Source of the DNA: Heteronotia binoei
Taxonomy: Eukaryota
Direction: 5' to 3'
Length of the DNA stretch: 64,000 nucleotides
Assembly (NCBI RefSeq): GCF_032191835.1
Contig: NC_083233.1
Span: 53,444,001-53,508,000 of the forward strand
Positions 46,011 to 57,200 of the stretch are shown here, in pieces. The notes below the pieces were generated by a model. The model was not told where the DNA came from, made no database searches, and was given only the letters and a program-made list of their open reading frames with translations. Positions within the stretch are counted from its first letter, which is position 1, and each line of letters opens with the position of its first letter. A program made the position numbers and the translations under genes.

Positions 46011-47471
46011 ACAACACTGAATGGGCGGCAGCAGGGTACAGAGCACACAGCACAACACAATGAACACTGATGCTATCTTCACTAAGTTGGGTACTTTTCA
46101 GTCCTTAGCACAGTGTACACTCAGCTGCCGTTCAAGGAAAGAGGACTGGCTGACAAGAAGACGATGCTCTGTGTGGTTTTTCTTCCACAGATAAAACAAG
46201 AAACATTGGGGGGGGGGATATGGTTAAGTCTACATTTGGCTACTTTGTGTTTCAGCAAAGCAGAGCTGTAGCTATAGTTGATGTTTGGTGGGGTGCGGGG
46301 TACGTTGGCCACTGCTAGGATGTTCAAGATCCCTTTCCTGAATGTGCATCTTTTGCTGGGAAAAGAAGCCATGGCGGCAGCCAGCCAGTGTAAGGGCGTC
46401 CTTCCTGAGGTTTAAGGAAAACTGAACAAGCAGGATTTTATCTACTTGTTCAGTGGGAAGTCAGCTTGTTCCTGACCAATTAGTGCAAAGGCTTACTTCT
46501 GTTTTATTAAATGACGTTTTGCAACCATAACATTACCAGACTACTTGTGTTTAGGTTTGTGCCTTGACCAACAACACTCCTTTCCCCACAGTGTGCTCCT
46601 AGGCGCCTTATCACCACCACTACATTTCCTGCAACAAAGCAAGATCCTGGGCCACTTCTCACCCAGGCCTGCCACAGTTTGCTGCCAGCCTACAGCACTC
46701 TCCCCACCCCCTCCGAGTTTTCTCATGTCTTCATTTTCTGTTTGCTGTTAGTCCACAGCTTCTTTACTGTTTCTCCATGCTTTCTCAAATTGGATTAAAG
46801 GTAGTTTCAGAATGCATAAAGAAACAATGAGGAAAACAGAGATAACAAATAAAAAACACCATAAGAAAGCTTGGAGAAAAACTATTACAGGTCAGCACCC
46901 CAAGCCATGGGTAAATCTTTGCATGAAAAGATGGCTAAAAGACTGTTCAGAGTACTGGTTGCAATACTAGACCCTCGCTTGGTTCCTGTCAATGGTGCCT
47001 GCACAAGAGTGCTGCCATGGATGTAGACTGGGCTCTCAGGCGTAAGGTCTGTTCATCAGTCACCCTTAGGAGCATCCCGGATGTGCCATTTGAAATGGAT
47101 TCTTCCCCTTGCCTTCTGGTAGGGCTGTCTCTGCATATGCATGTTTTTGCAAATAAATTCTGACGGCAGATAGGAATGCTTTCTCTGGATTAAAAATATG
47201 CTTTATTAGGTACATTTTAAAGTTCCCTGTACAAAAAAGCAAGATTATCTTACTAAACAAAAAGAAGTGAAATGGGTTTCCTCTGTTCACAAAGTCTTTG
47301 AGTCCCCAGAGGGACCTTTCTCAGCCATTACAAAGCCTCTGTCCACCAACCAAGGATTCTGTGATTCTTCTTCCTCATAAGCTCCACACCATAAGAGAAT
47401 CTACACACACAGTCTAGCTCTTAAAAAAAGGGGGGGAGGATGATTGCTGTAGCATGGGAAAGGTCAAAGGA

Positions 47472-47582
47472 TCATTTCTCTCTTGGCAAGGTGGAATCCA
47501 CACAGTTCAACCAGAAATTAGCACAGCTGGCATGATAACAGCTACCCTGGTATATAACCGGGTCAGAGTTTCCAATCTGCAC
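47472..47582 (-). CDS. Synergin-gamma-like paralogue, last exon (VQIGNSDPVIYQGSCYHASCANFWLNCVDSTLPREK*)
   Basis: ttgttttggcag| acceptor, phase 0, TGA; YHASCANFW(L/I)NCV matches the SYNRG C-terminus; AATAAA on - at 47202-47207. Confidence 0.9.
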   Translation of the reverse strand: MQIGNSDPVIYQGSCYHASCANFWLNCVDSTLPREK

Positions 47583-47744
47583 CTGCCAAAACAAATTAAG
47601 AATTAATTCCAGGACATTTTCTCAGCACCGACTGATGGCAAGCTTAGTTTACAACAAATGCTGCCTAAAAAGAATAGCCAACTTTCCTCCCCTTCTCCAA
47701 AAAGGACAACAATTTTAGCAACAGGCAGCCTTTATTTAGAGTAG

Positions 47745-48010
47745 GAAGGAAAGGTCCTCTGTGCAAGCACCAGTTGTTTCCAACTCTGGGGTGACTTTGC
47801 TTTCACAACATTTTCACAGCAGACTTTACGGGGTGGTTTGCCATTGCCTTCCCCAGTCATCTACACTTCCCCCCCAGCAAGCTGGGTACTCATTTTACCG
47901 ACCTTGGAAGGATGGGAGGCTGAGTCAACCTCAACCCAAAACCCCAGCTTCCACTGGGGATCGAACTCAGGTCGTGAGCAGAGCTTAGGACTGCAGTACT
48001 GCAGCTTTAA
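47745..48010 (-). mobile_element. Sauria SINE
   Basis: Head aaagctgcagtactgcagtcc on -, body gggtactcattttaccgacc...ggctgagtcaacc. Confidence 0.85.
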
Positions 48011-48249
48011 CATTTTATTTAGAGTAGTGATAAATGCAATCTCCCAGTTTCACTCTGGACAAAGCTTGGTAAGCCTGTCTTAATAGTTGCCTAATTATTT
48101 TGGGTTATGGAAGCTCTGGTTGTGGCAGCGAATACATTGGAAAGGTTTAGTGGTTCTGGAAGTGTCACCAGTACAGCTGATCTCTGCACATGTGCAACAG
48201 AAAAACATTACACCTCGTTAGTGTCTCCATAACATCAGCTTTAGACACA

Positions 48250-48445
48250 GAAACGTGAAGCTGCCTTCTACTGAGTCTGACCCTTGGTCTATCAAAGTCA
48301 GCATTGTCAATTCTGACTGGCAGCAGCATTCCAGGGTCTCAGGTCTTTCACATCACCAAGTACCTGATCCTTTTAAGCGGAGATGCTGGGAACTGAACTT
48401 GGACTTTCTGCATGCAAAGCAGATGCTTTACCACTGAGCTACATC
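48250..48445 (-). mobile_element. tRNA-headed SINE (second family); + copy at about 59065-59270
   Basis: Head ggggatgtagctcagtggtaaagcatctgctttgcatgcagaaagtccaagttca followed by a non-tRNA body. Confidence 0.75.
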
Positions 48446-48688
48446 CCCTTTTTGAGCTGTCCAAACCTGTCTCGTGGACCATCACGTATCAACCAGTCCC
48501 CAGCAGTTCTAGTACCATTTTGGCACAAATGGAATTGCAACTGTACTGTGGAATTATGTCAAAAACATAAGTAAGAATGATCTCTTAAGGACAGCATCAA
48601 TCCAAACAATACCACATGCATGAGACCTCTTCAGGCAGTATCTTGATGGGTCCATAGGAAAGCAATATGCTGTGTTTTTGTCAGTTAC

Positions 48689-48793
48689 CTCTGACTGCTG
48701 CTTCACCTCCGTTAAGCAAACCCCGCAGACATGACCTGGTGCCAGGTTAGGACCAGAGAGACGAGTATCACTTTCTGCTGATGGCTCCAGAAG
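48689..48793 (-). CDS. SYNRG-like exon (LLEPSAESDTRLSGPNLAPGHVCGVCLTEVKQQSE)
   Basis: First AG after a long pyrimidine tract (aag|), GAG|gtaact donor, 105 nt phase 0-0; CGVCL as in SYNRG ACGVCLLNV; exact acceptor less certain. Confidence 0.8.
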
Positions 48794-48975
48794 CTTCAAG
48801 TTCCATTGGTAAGGGCAAAAAGGGGGCAAGGAGGAAATAGATATTTTAGACTTTGACTTTCCTCCTACAAAACCAGTTTTAGTGACATTGTTACCAAGGT
48901 TTCAGCTCCAGCACTTCATGTCTCTCCCCCACCACCCAGATCTACTGTTTACACTCACCGACTGGAATGCCTTAC

Positions 48976-49136
48976 CAGAGTTTGGAACATGGGATGACCA
49001 AAGACAAGAAAGGACAATAAATTATTCCAGGCTAAGTCCACCTCTCGCAAAGCGTGTTGCAGCAGTTCGCTTGGTAGCTGCCGAGTCTTCACCCCACCTT
49101 CCATACGCTTAGACACCCGGTACACCTCAGACAAGC
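48976..49136 (-). CDS. SYNRG-like exon (GLSEVYRVSKRMEGGVKTRQLPSELLQHALREVDLAWNNLLSFLVFGHPMFQTL)
   Basis: ctcacctgcag| acceptor, CTG|gtaagg donor, 161 nt phase 1-0; matches SYNRG GVVEVYRVTKRVELG...WNNLIGFM. Confidence 0.92.
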
Positions 49137-49657
49137 CTGCAGGTGAGAACAAACAGCAAAGAGTAATGCATCCTGGCAAACATACATAGTAGAGTGGAGT
49201 ACAGAGGATTCTGGCACTTCAGGCTGCAGGTAGATTGCTCCACTTTGTAGAAATGGGACAATCCACTTTGCCATCTCAAGCGCTTGTGCATTTCTTTATT
49301 AGATTGGTCCATGGAGAAGTTTATGACATTTTAAACTACAATTTGTACTGTTTCTCACCCTTCCCCACTCATTCCCTCCCCAGCATCATGTAACTTATTC
49401 CCACCACACACCATTTCTGCAACACTTTAAAGACAATCCCCAACAGCAGCAAAGCACAGTCCGCCAAAACAGTTGCATGCCCCCCTTACATCTCACCCTT
49501 TGGCATCTGCCTGAAGGCTACTGTTGCCCAGGACTAAAGAGCTTTTAATATCCCAAAAGAAGCCACTGCAGGGAGTGATCACGTTCTATTCTGCTTCAGG
49601 TGTGATTCCATTGGTAGGTTTTGAATGGCAGTTTCCTGGATGGTGCATTCTCTACTC

Positions 49658-50157
49658 CAGGGGTGTCAAACACATTTTTTATGAGGGCTGAATCTGACAT
49701 AAATGAGACCTTGTCGGGCTGGGCCATGTCAGGCCAGACCATCCGTGTACCTATTTAAGGATAGGTAGCAGATATAAACTTTCTGAAGGATGCAGACAAA
49801 CACAATTAAAGATTTTTTTTTTTAAAAGCCCCCTTAAAATAAAGGGTTAAGTTAAAATAAAATTAACTTAACGGTACTTTCTTTGTATTTCTCCCATGGC
49901 ATCCAGGGAACTGGGCAAAGGAAGCTCTTTCCTTCCTTCCCCATGGGGCCAGGAAGGGGGGGGCTTAATCACTTGAGAAAATAGAAGCTTTGCTCTGTAG
50001 CTCCTGTGCAATTGCGCAAGCCTTGCAAAGCAAGCTGTGATGCAGAAGGCAGCAAGATATAGGGAGAAGGAAGCAGATGACAGCCAGTTGCTCGGGGACT
50101 TATAGGAGCCCTCCAGGGGCCTGATTTGGCCCCTGGGACACATGTTTGACACCACTG
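49658..50157. mobile_element. hAT-type non-autonomous element, 500 bp
   Basis: CAGGGGTGTCAAAC...GTTTGACACCACTG, perfect 8-bp TSD ctctactc. Confidence 0.9.
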
Positions 50158-50962
50158 CTCTACTCCTTTCTTCCTAGGTCTAGAGACTTTTTAAGGAGCC
50201 AAAGTAGACAACAGCCAGGTCTTCTTCTGCATGCTATTGAAGTTTGATTCTCTACAGTCTGCACATGGGAGTGCTTCGTGTATATTATCCTCAGGGCTTT
50301 TTTTGAATAGGAATGCAGTTCTGGCTGGCTTGGTATCAGGTTGTGTGGCCTAATATACAAATGAGCTCCTGCTGGGCTTTTTCTACAAAAAGCCATGTGT
50401 GAAACAATGGTGACATCAGGGGGTGTGGCCTAGTATACAAATAAGTTTCTGCTGGGAAGCCCTGATTATCCTTATAACCTGTTCACAAATTCCATACAGA
50501 ATGGGCAAAGAACTCAGTATCCTGGAATTCCCAAGTTTGGGTTTGCTTTGTTAAAGGTCTAGCCTTCGTGAATGCATAGATGACCGTGAAAGCATCTAGA
50601 CAGGACTTGGTGACTTCTTCCCTAACTCCCATTCAATTTTCTGGTGGTTTGGGCCCAACAAGTTAGGTCCGCCCATTGCTTGCACTGCTACCCTTAATGG
50701 TATACAAAAACCAGCAGTTGAAAAATTCATGTCATCTCAATGGGGTTGCTTCTGCCACCGCTATGAATACCCAGAATGTCACAGCCTTGTACTTGAATAA
50801 GAATTTAGACTGTTGCAACAGACCTGCTCAGACGCTGAGCATGAGGATAAATTCCAGATGGTAGATGTCAGAGAACACATTCCAGAGCAAAGAAACTGCT
50901 AGAGAGACCATTATACCCAGGCTTTAGCATAAATCATATGCATAAATCCTTTGATTCCATAC

Positions 50963-51059
50963 CCAAGATATATGCAGTCCCTGGTTTGGATAGCAGCACC
51001 TCGCTGCACACAGATGGATGGCTTATGCCTGCAAGGATTTCATTGGCCTTGCCAATTAC
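50963..51059 (-). CDS. SYNRG-like exon (VIGKANEILAGISHPSVCSEVLLSKPGTAYIL)
   Basis: cctctgcag| acceptor, G|gtatgg donor, 97 nt phase 0-1; matches SYNRG VIKKANDTLNGISSSSVCTEVIQSAQGMEYLL. Confidence 0.92.
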
Positions 51060-51950
51060 CTGCAGAGGATATAGGAGAGAGACATGTGAGCAGAGTGCTG
51101 GGGATGGTCACCTCTGCAAATCAGAGTTATTTCCCCCAGTAACCCTTCAGGATATGTGCCGCCAGCAACATAAATACACATTACAAAGCCATACAGTGAA
51201 CACGAGGCTTTTGCGATGTACCGTTAAATCTTGCATCACAACTGGCCATTTTACTGCTGAATTACAATCTACATTCCATTGCTTTACGATAGGTCTGGTA
51301 CGTCACTGACCAGCTAGCTTTGACTTTTAAAAAGAGCAGCTCTTTAAATATTTTTAGACAAAGGTCTGGTGAAAAAAGCTGCATCTCTGGGAGAATCATC
51401 AATGAAATAGAGCTTTGAGGAGGGCTTCTGGAGGCTCTCCTGAATGGTTTCAGTGCTCTGCACAGACGCTAAGCATAGTCCAGGAAGAGCACTATCACAC
51501 TCTCCTCTGACTCTGTTCTCACACTGGCAAAACAAACATCCTACCCCTTACATTCTTTGGAAACCTGAATCTGAGAAATCAGAACAAGTTATGCAACACG
51601 CAAACAACTGTCTTTTAAAGAATTAGGAATCCAGGAGAAGGGAGAGGAAACGACAAGAGGTTGACCCAGAAATAAATCAGTGTAATTACTAGGCCCAACC
51701 AGCAGAGGGGGATAGGATTACACACATGTATCACTGGGAAACTTTTTTTTTTAAATTCACTGCCAGCCAGGCAAAGTACTTATAATTCAATAAACAAAGG
51801 ACCGTAGGTGTAAAATACATATTGAACAATTGATTTCCAAGTTAGCTTAAATATCATTTTTAAATGCAGCAATTTATAATTCTCATTAACTTTTTCAAGG
51901 TGTTATTTATGTCTTTTAAAGCCCTACATGGCTTGGGACCACAGTATTTG

Positions 51951-52578
51951 TTTGTTTGTTTATTTATTTATTTCATTTATATCCCGCCCTCCCCCGCCTT
52001 GGCAGGCTCAGGGCGGCTAACAACATTCTATAAAACATACAATAGTAAATAAAACCTTTAGATTTACAATATAAAACATTAAACTTAAAATTAAAACCAG
52101 TCCAATAAATGCAGTTATACAGCGGTATAGATCTTTAGACCGCATTGCCGGATCCTTAATTACCGACCTTCTTAGCAGTCCAAGTGTACGAGTTTAAAAA
52201 GGGTGGTCTTGCAGGCCCTGCGGAACTGATCGAGGTTCCGCAGGGCCCGCACCTCCTCGGGGAGTCGGTTTCACAGGGTAGGGGCCGCGATCGAAAAGGC
52301 CCGTGCTCTGGTATTCTGATATTTAATCTCCTTCAGCCCAGGGATAGTCATTAGGTTTTTCCCAGTTGACCTCAGTGCTCTCTGGGGTTCATATGGGGAA
52401 AGACGGTCCCTCAGGTAGGCAGGTCCTCGGCGGCCAGGCTGTTGTTGGGACTCCCGAAACGGGAACATATACGGCCAGGGCTACGTGAACTGCACTGGCT
52501 GCCGATTATATACCGGGTCCAGTACAAAGTGTTGGTCATTACCTTTAAAGCCTTTTATGGCCGAGGTATATGGCCGAG
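51951..52578 (-). mobile_element. Young L2 3' end with an inverted 5' segment, inserted into an older L2 (about 51870-52980, +)
   Basis: (TTTG/TTTA)n tail at the left, TSD gtatttg (51944-51950 / 52579-52585), inversion junction at about 52430. Confidence 0.8.
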
Positions 52579-53299
52579 GTATTTGAAAGAGGTGTTTCTC
52601 CCATATGTTACTGCCTGGGAATTAAGATCACAGGGAGATGTTCTCCTAACTGGCCCACCAATCAAAGATGCTTGTCTGGTAGGTACATGCAAGAGGGCCT
52701 TCTCTGTGGTAGCCTCACAGTTAATGGAACAACTTCTCTGGGCAAGTGCACATGGCCCTCCCATTGTCAATCTTCAAGAGGCAGCTGAAGTTTTATTTGG
52801 GACTGGATTCTGGTCGATTTAGCTTTTGTTATCGGCAGTCCAATGTAGAATTTTCAAAACATTTTTATGGATTTTATAATTGCTTTTTAATAGTTGTTAT
52901 AATGTTTTATTTATATCGTAAGCCATCTTGAGTCCAGTGAGGCAGAAAGGGCAGCTAATAAGTGTTGTAAATAAATAAAGCCCACTCAGACATTTGAGGA
53001 GCTGGGAAGCAAGTCTTGCAAACTGTCTTAAAGGCCTTTATAGCCAAGAAGTAAAATCCAAGTGAAACATTAATCAAGAACGGCAAAAAGGGCATGAGGG
53101 AGGGAAATCAAGTGGAAAAGTGGGTGTTGAGGGCAGGGGTAATCTTAATGATTCTGGGGCAGTGGGCAAAATTCCCCAAGATAGTGTAAAAGAATCATAA
53201 GGCAAAGTTGGAATGGAAGGAGACTGAGACACAGAAGGGCTCACTCCCCTTCCAGCCTGCGTCCTATCGCAAGGATAGCAGGTAGGGGGCCAAGTGGAA

Positions 53300-55140
53300 A
53301 TACTCACCTCTGTCCCTGGTATTGTGCAATGCCAGGGCCATAAATAATAAAACCTCAGTCCTGCAGGATTTCCTAATTAGGTAGGACATGGACCTGGCTT
53401 GTATGACAGAGACCTGGGTGCGGGATGGGGAGATGGTAGCTCTCTCCCAAGTAGCCCCGCCCGGGTTCTCCGTTCTTCACCAGGCACAGACCAGCGGGCG
53501 GGGGGGAGGGGTGGTGTTTTTCATGCGGGAGGATTGCTCCTTCAGGATGCTTCCGCCTCCAAAGATCATGGGCATAGAGTGTGCTGGCCTGATGTGGGAT
53601 GCTGGGGAGAGTTTGGCAATCTGGCTGGTGTACCGTCAGCCTAACGCATCGGCCAGTGCCTTACCATCTCTGATGGAGGTAATAGCAGGCTGGCCATTGG
53701 AGCATCGTCGGCTTATAGTACTGGGTGACTTCAATGTCCATGCCGAGGACGCGGCTTCCACTCGGGCAACGAACCTAGTATCTTCCATGGCAGCACTGGG
53801 ACTCTCCCAATATATAACAACACCCTCGCATCGGGCTGGGCACATGTTGGACCTGATCTTTGCAGCTGGAGTATTAGTGGATCAGATTTCTGCCGAGGCA
53901 GTTCCATGGTCTGACCACTATGACCTGAAGGCCTGTATGGATACTCCACTCTTACCCCGTTTAGGCGGTGAGCAAGTTTTGGCTCACCCACGAAGCCAGA
54001 TGGACCCTTTGTGGCTTCAAATGGCTTTACAGGATCCCTGGCCCTCTGGTGACTCATTGGATGAGCTGGTGGAGATCTGGAATAGCCAGCTCTCTACAGC
54101 CATCAATGAGATCACTCCTCGACGTCCTCTTCATCCTCGTTCACAATATGATCCATTGTATACCCCGGAGCTGCAATCAATGAAATGGCAATTAAGATGA
54201 CTAGAGAGACAATGACGATGCATTCGTGACGGAGCTACGAGAACATTTTATAGATCATTTATGCGGACCTATGAGATGGCAGTCCAGGCCACAAAGAAGA
54301 CTTACTTTGCGTCCCAGATTGCGTCTGTGACCTCGCACCCAGCACAACTATTTAGTATAATTCGGTCACTAACAATCTTACCGCAAGGTAAACCAAACAT
54401 TAGAGAATTGGAAATCAGCTGTGAGGCTTTTTCGAGTTTTTTCGCAGATAAGGTCTTGTTGCTTCGACACGACCTTCCCGCCATAATTGATACAGTGAAA
54501 GAACTCGAGGCACCGAGCACGTCTTCTGTTCCATTTCTAGATTCCTGCACTCCACTCAGCCTGGAGGAAGTTGACAGGACCCTTTTGCTGTACGCCCTAC
54601 AACCTGTAGGTTGGACCCATGCCCGTCCTGGCTTATAAAAGCTAGCCAGGCATCGCTACGTGAGCCACTACAGGGTATTGTCAACAGATCCCTCATAGAA
54701 GGGATCTTTCCCACACCTCTTAAAGAGGCTGTGGTCCGTCCCCTCTTGAAAAAACCATCTGCAGATCCGGTCATATTGGCAAATTATCAGCCGGTATCAA
54801 ATCTTCTCTTTCTGGGCATGCGGTGGCAACTCAGCTACAGGGATTCCTGGATGACACTTCTGCACTGGATCCATTCCAGTTCAGCTTTTGACCAGGTAAC
54901 GGGATTGAATAGGTTCTGGTCACCCTCATAGATGACCTCATGCGACATCTGGATCGGGGCTGCTCAGTGGTGCTGTTATTATTAGATCTGTCAGCTGCAT
55001 TAGATACGGTTGACCATCAGCTACTGACTAGTCGTCTTGCCAACGTGGGGATTCAGGGGTCCGTCTTACAGTGGTTCGCCTCCTTTCTCCAAGGTTGGGT
55101 ACAAAGGGTGGTGATAGGGGAGGAATCATCCCAAAGGCGG
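53300..55140 (+). mobile_element. L2 LINE ORF2 (APE + partial RT), disrupted
   Basis: LACMTETW, GRGGGV, LGDFN, HMLDLIF, WSDH; DPCPSWLIK, EAVVRPLLKK, LLDLSAALDTVDH; stops and frameshifts. Confidence 0.92.
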
Positions 55141-55149
55141 TGTGCCACA

Positions 55150-56217
55150 GGGTGCGGTTCTGTCCCCGATGTGTGGGCTCTGCGGAGTCTTGACCAATTC
55201 CGCAGGGCCTGAAAGACCATCCTTTTTAGGCTGGCCTTCGCAGATTGCTGACTAAGGATGGCCGAATTGATGGACCTGCCAAAGTGACTCTGTTCAGTGA
55301 TCTTCGCCATTATGCAAACAGACAGAATAGTGCCAGGAACACCACTGTTACTGTTAAATTATGTAAATTGGAATGGTTTTTAAGATAATGCTGATTTTAA
55401 AATTACTGTATAACTTTTTAATGCTGATTTAAAATTACTGTATAACTTTTTATTTGAATATGTTGTTAGCTGGCGGGTGTGGTAGTTGGCCCCTTTCTTG
55501 GAGCATGACGACTTAGCAAGCTATGGTCACCTCAAGAATAGATCACTGTAATATTCTCTACATGGGGCTATCCTTGACCCTGACTCGGAAACTACAGCTA
55601 GTGCAGAACGCTGCAGCACGGCTGTTAATGGGGCTCCCTCGATGGGAGCACATTCAGCCAGTGCTGAAAGAGCTGCACTGGCTACCTGTTGTGTTCTGAG
55701 TCCATTTCAAGATGTTGTTATTGACCTTTAAGCCCTTTATGCTCAGGGGCCTGACTATCTACGGGACCGCCTTTCCCCATACGTTCCCCAGAGAGTACTG
55801 CGTTCAGGGACACAAAATCTACTGTCCGTCCCTGGACCAAAGGAGGCTAAGCTATGCTCCACACGGGCTAGGGCCTTCTCAGAGGCAGCACCAGAAATGT
55901 GTAATGCTCTCCCGGAGGCCATAAGGGCCCTGTGGGATCTCTCTACTTTCTGTAGGGCCTGCAAAACTGAACTGTTCCAACAGGCCTTTAATATCTAACT
56001 GGGAGAGGACTGCCGCCCCACATCATTACGATACTACATGATCACCATCAGAAAATAAGAACTTGCTTATATTGACGTGGTACAGCACCACATAATGGTT
56101 TTAAAATTGTAACTGCATTTTATTGGTTTTTAAATTGTAAATATAAATGCTGTTAGCCACCCTGAGTCCGCTTGCGGAGAGGGCAGGATAGAAATTTAAG
56201 GTAAATAAATAAATAAA
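55150..56217 (+). mobile_element. Two L2 3'-end fragments (about 55150-55490 and 55500-56217)
   Basis: LQLVQNAAARLL-type coding remnants, L2 3' UTR and (TAAA)n tail at 56205. Confidence 0.8.
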
Positions 56218-56419
56218 ATCCCAGAATCATAGTCCCAGAATCACTGTCACACCACTGCTGTCCCCCCACCAGAGCCAAGGAAAGGATCATGCCTTGCCTT
56301 GTGTCAAGTGAGCAGGAGCTGCCACCGGAAGATGCCAACTGCCCAAGTCTCAAATGGGGTGGGTAGAGTTGTCAACTCTAGCTGCAGAATACCTGGTGGC
56401 CTGGGGAGGAGATGGACTG

Positions 56420-57200
56420 TAAGCCAAAATGCCCTCAAAAGAGGTAGGGGAATTGATAGGTGGGCACCTTTGGCTTAAAAAGGATCTAGAATCTATGTAT
56501 ACAGGATTTCACTTCCAGAAATTATTGCTAAATATACCAAGGACACAAATTAAGTAAAACAATTAAAAATTTATTACAGAAATTATAGAACATACATACA
56601 AGGTAATGGATACATACAACACACATACAGTCCTAATAAAAATAGAGAGAAATGCATAGAGGTAACATAAGGATGGACAAACAGGGTGATAATTACTGAT
56701 TGTAGTTTTCAAGGAAGGCTCCAATGGCGACAAATGAGGACTAGGGGGAAGGGACCCTCAACTGGCCAAGAATTGGGGATGTATCTAAACAGCAGGAATG
56801 GGGTACTGCTAGATGCACAATTGTGGGGAGCTGAGTCACGGGTTATAAGGACTACCTTGAGCCCTTAGGGAATGGGAGGTACAGGGGCGGATGACAAGTG
56901 GTCAGCTGGTATATGACCTCAGAAAAAGGGGAGGCTCCGCAATGACCATAAGGGCTGGCCTTATGCGGTAGCCAATAGCCAGTTTATTGGGGGCACCTGA
57001 TTGGATGCCCATACCTGGCCAATGAGCAGACTTGGCCCTGGTTACCTGATTGGACTTTCAGGTAACAATGGGCCAAAGGGAGAGGCTCCAGGATGACCAT
57101 TAAGGGAAAGAATGGGAGAAATTATTGGGGTGGAGGTGATTAAAGCTATCAAAACTTATCTAAAAGGTGACAATAGATGGCCCAATTGCTACCTAAGGTA
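56420..57200 (-). mobile_element. Probable ERV-type solo LTR
   Basis: Clustered CCAAT/ATTGG boxes (56960-57055) and AATAAA on - near 56570; ends and TSD not resolved. Confidence 0.4.

Noticed and set aside
48370-48445. Possible tRNA gene (also at about 59065-59135)
   Set aside because: The tRNA-like head is degenerate and continues into a SINE body shared between copies.
51344-51523. Exon-like segment after ttttgccag| (CENRVRGECD...)
   Set aside because: All frames reach a stop without a credible donor, and there is no SYNRG similarity.
53388-54200. 270-aa endonuclease-like ORF as an active element or domesticated gene
   Set aside because: It is the APE part of an L2 whose downstream RT has stops, frameshifts and truncation.
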